A stretch of 64,000 nucleotides of DNA from Phallusia mammillata. Its lineage: Eukaryota. The notes beneath the pieces are model-generated. The model worked only from the letters and a program-made list of their open reading frames with translations, was not told the origin of the DNA and ran no database searches. The stretch is from contig OZ281498.1 in NCBI GenBank assembly GCA_965637545.1, positions 13,268,001-13,332,000 on the forward strand. Reading direction: 5' to 3'. How positions within the stretch are numbered: the stretch's first letter is position 1; every line of letters begins with the position of its first letter. Below are positions 60,501-64,000 of the stretch, in pieces. The position numbers and the translations under genes are program-made.

Positions 60501-62817
60501 GACACAAAAAACCTACCTTGGAGAAGAATCATGTATTTTAGTAGTAGTATCAGCTGTTTCACCATTCAAATTGTCTGTGACATTTTTTATTTCAGGGGAT
60601 TTGTCGGAACCAAGCAAACGAAAAACCAGTGACTTTTTCTGATCAAACAAAACAATTTTAGCATTTTACATTTCCGTATTTGTTTAAATAGGATTACCAC
60701 ATTTGTAGTGCTGGAAGATTCCTCTTTATCTGATGCACATAAACTGTCTCCTCTTCTTCGACGTCGCTTTTTATCGCTTTGTGTTATACTATTATGTTTT
60801 GTTTCTGGCCTCTCAATGCTTTTATCTATGTCCATTGGTATTTCTTTTAGATCCTTTTCCTTAACATTTGTGTTTTTAGCTTCCACATCTACAGACAATG
60901 AAACACAAATTCCATTGAAACATACATTCCATTTTATTGCATAATGAATCCTAAACTGTATTTAATCGTTGAGAAACTGTCCTAGTGATTTACGTATTCC
61001 AGTTAAAGAAGTTGCTGGTACTGGTTGTTTTGCAATAGTACACAGCTTTATAGAGCATAGCTTTAGCTTACCTTCCACAATTTCCTTTTTGATTGGTTTG
61101 CATATCTCTGACTGGATCTGTAAAATACAGGGTTTATTTAAATATGTGTTGTTATTCAGGTGTCTAACAGAAAAAAGTACCACTGAACAACTTACCTCAT
61201 CAGACTCTTGTTCTGTTTTAGTGATGAAATCAGAATCTGTTTTGTCTTTTTCTACAAAAAACACAAGAATTATTCAACATCATCTGCATAGTTTTACTGA
61301 ACAAGTCGTATTGTACCGTTTTCCGTAGGTTCTTCACTGCTGTTTAACACTGGTTGTTTTAGAAGGCTGTCAACAACCAGTCCAATAGTGGCGCGGTCCA
61401 GTTCCACTTCACACACAGTTTCCCCACCTAATGTTTGCAAACCAGTGTAGGTTCTGTAAAAAGAAAGACCCTTCTAAATAGAAATAGAAACTTGACTATA
61501 CACTTCTTTGCAAACCTGTCGAGTTTAAGGTTGTGTATTATATCTATCCGCCGATTCCGAGGATCACAGAAGTGAAGTTGCACCCGGATTGGAAACTCAC
61601 CCCAGCCTCGTCTGGTGAGATGGAACGGTGCTTCTGTCACTTCTACCAAATCGTTGGGGCGATAGCTTGGATGAAGAAAAAACCAAACCTGTAATATTAT
61701 TACATGAAATAAAAATATATGCTATGGTTTTTACAGCAGAATCAGTTGTTTTAATGACTGCCACTGAGAAACTCAAAAAAGGGATCAAAATGCCATGGCA
61801 TAGTTGCAACAAAAATTTGCGAAGAGACAACTACTGTGCATAAACAGCACACTGTTCGAAACCTGGCTAGAAAATCATGAACAAAAGGCAGATAGATCGT
61901 TGAAATATAAATCATTACTTGGTTATTTTCCCATCATAGTTGGGGGTGTATTATAATTCTAAATACCATTCAAGAACAAGCCTGATGTGCTTTTCAATAA
62001 GGTATAATAATAGTTGGTTTGGTCCAGTATTTAAAATGGGATAGCAGGTACTTGAAGGTTCTTCCCACAAATAATTAATAATGCATTCACATGTGCACCT
62101 TTCTGACAAAGTGATCTATTCGTGGTTCATCTTTTCCTCCACGCACATACACCATCCATTTATGGGTCGACTTGTCATTTCCCTCGCGCTTGTCAGGTGA
62201 TATGTATTTGGATACATTGCCAACAATAACCGTTTTCTTTATTCTGTGGCGGCCACTGGAACAAATATACAAAATGAATTTGGTCTTAAAACTGACAAAA
62301 TTGACATTTACGTTTAATGGCACGTAATAATTCATCATATTTTTTTCTACACAACAAATCATGTGTAAAGGTGCAGTCATTTGTCCATTCTACTATACAT
62401 CTGCTTCATGATTTATTCAGGTAGGTGCAATTAACCATTTTCTGGTTATCTAAACAGAACTGCCTGAGGCACTTTACAAAGCAGCTGTTACACAGCAGAG
62501 TGTACATACCCAAGATTTGTTTGAGGCTGTGGTTTTCCATTTTTTGCTTCTTTCTGTTTGCTTAAAGTCTCAGGATTTTGAAAGGCAGCATTTGAAGATT
62601 TAGATTCTTCATTTTCTGTTAATTCAGTTGATTTAGTCTTTTAAAGGAGTTTATAAACCAGTTCAAGTTTACCAATTTCTTTTTTATTGTCCTGCTTTGA
62701 AACAATTGGGATTGTGCTTGGTTCAGCTTGTGGTTCATTCGATAGTTCAGGTGATTGAACTTTATCTGCTGGTGCATTTTTACTTAGGACTGATGTAACT
62801 GCTTTCCTCAGCACATT
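57550..62817 (-). CDS. YEATS2: YEATS domain-containing protein 2 (5' end not resolved)
   Basis: YEATS exons [14 protein letters not shown]...[11 protein letters not shown] and [22 protein letters not shown]; long S/T/K-rich middle; C-terminal WQRA motif and end TNKFMGSL* (human TNKHMG as recalled). The last clearly joined upstream exon starts at acceptor 62817. Confidence 0.9.
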
Positions 62818-63341
62818 CTAAAATCAAAATGAAATACACTTAAAACATTACAGAAGAACCAATTAATTTTTCGGCAGCCCCTAAAAGAGTTTTGTGTTGA
62901 TATACAAAACAGTTCTTTTATATAATGAGTCATGCTTAACAGGAAGTAGTTGCGGTTCATAGTACAATTATTTCCGAATCGCTGGACATGTTATCGGTGG
63001 CAACATGTTTAGCAGTAGTACGTGGTGATAAAACACAATTTTACTTTGCATGACATTTCTAGTTGTTCCACAAGACATTTTTGTAATTTTATTGTGTACC
63101 CAGAAACCAATTGCATTGTGTAAAACAGTTGTTGCATTTTTCAGCAGTTGTAGGATTGTTAAAAGAGTTGTGAAGGAATAGCAGTATACTTTGTTTATTG
63201 TAATTTATTTAATGTACAGTTTGTGTGGCCATTTCAACAGGGAGTTTTATGTGGCATGTACGTAGGTAATATTAGTGTCAAGATAGGTCAGGCTGTCTCA
63301 AAAATTATTTTTATACTTTACAGGCACTACTAAGGCAAACA

Positions 63342-64000
63342 ATGGGTAGTTTTGCTGGACATGCATTACCAGGAACTTTTTTCATCTTTTTTGGAATTTG
63401 GTTAGCAATACGATTTTCATATCAGTAAGTGCCAACAAATATGTACTCAACATGAGCAAATATCTCACAAATTTGGTATTTATTTAACAGACATTTTGTG
63501 TCAAAATACAAAAGAAGGTCGACTTCATGTTGCCATTGCAAGTGTAGATGGGATATCATTGAAGGAAGTTTAAAAATTGGATGCTCAGCATTCGGTTTGT
63601 TTCTGGCTTAATTAAGATCCATTTGATACAAACAAAAATTATCTTTAACATCCAAAATACAGGCTTCCTAATGGAACAAGTTACCAATGGAGGTCCAAAG
63701 TTTCACCTGACAAACCCTGCTCATGCAGAGCTGTATCAAATGGGAAACAATTGGTCACATTGCACCATGTACACATTCTTCATTTTTGCTGGATTGGCTG
63801 ACATTATTGTAGCAAAATTGCCAAAAGCTTCACTTTATGGTAATAACTCAGCACAAGGGTGTAAGATTTTTTTCTTTTTAGACTGTTCTTCTGTTAATAG
63901 GTCTTCAACATCTTATGCTTTCCTTGGCGCTCTTAATAGAAGGATACCTTTTCTATTTTCACACTCATGGTAGAGCACCACTTGATGTGAGGCTTCACAC
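63342..64000 (+). CDS. TMEM45: TMEM45-family membrane protein (3' end beyond window)
   Basis: Exons 63342-63424 (MGSFAGHALPGTFF), 63491-63594, 63663-63839 (NWSHCTMYTFF) and 63901 onward (IEGYLFYFHTHGRAPLDVRLH). Confidence 0.9.

Overview
Eukaryotic, intron-rich, AT-rich DNA. The gene content suggests an invertebrate chordate, most likely an ascidian tunicate (inference, not proven). Gene models were spliced by hand from GT-AG sites and reading frames; similarities to human proteins and loci are recalled, not searched. In order: a cerebellin-like C1q gene (+); a 14-exon gene (+) with a CXorf38/DUF4559-like HEPN domain (intact RxxxxH), an NLS and about three divergent dsRBD-like repeats; ATP6AP2 (-), tail-to-tail with it; an FGF11-14 gene (-) with candidate alternative first exons; PSMD1/Rpn2 (-), whose 9.2-kb intron holds a 5-HT2-type serotonin receptor and tRNA-Arg(CCG) on the opposite strand; YEATS2 (-, 5' end unresolved); and TMEM45 (+, runs off the window). 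Many non-autonomous DNA transposons with readable TIRs and TSDs occur, several nested. The best novelty candidate is the HEPN-dsRBD gene: it sits in the CXorf38-syntenic position next to ATP6AP2 and looks like a one-protein dsRNA sensor plus RNase. The second highlight is the PSMD1/HTR2 nesting known from vertebrates.
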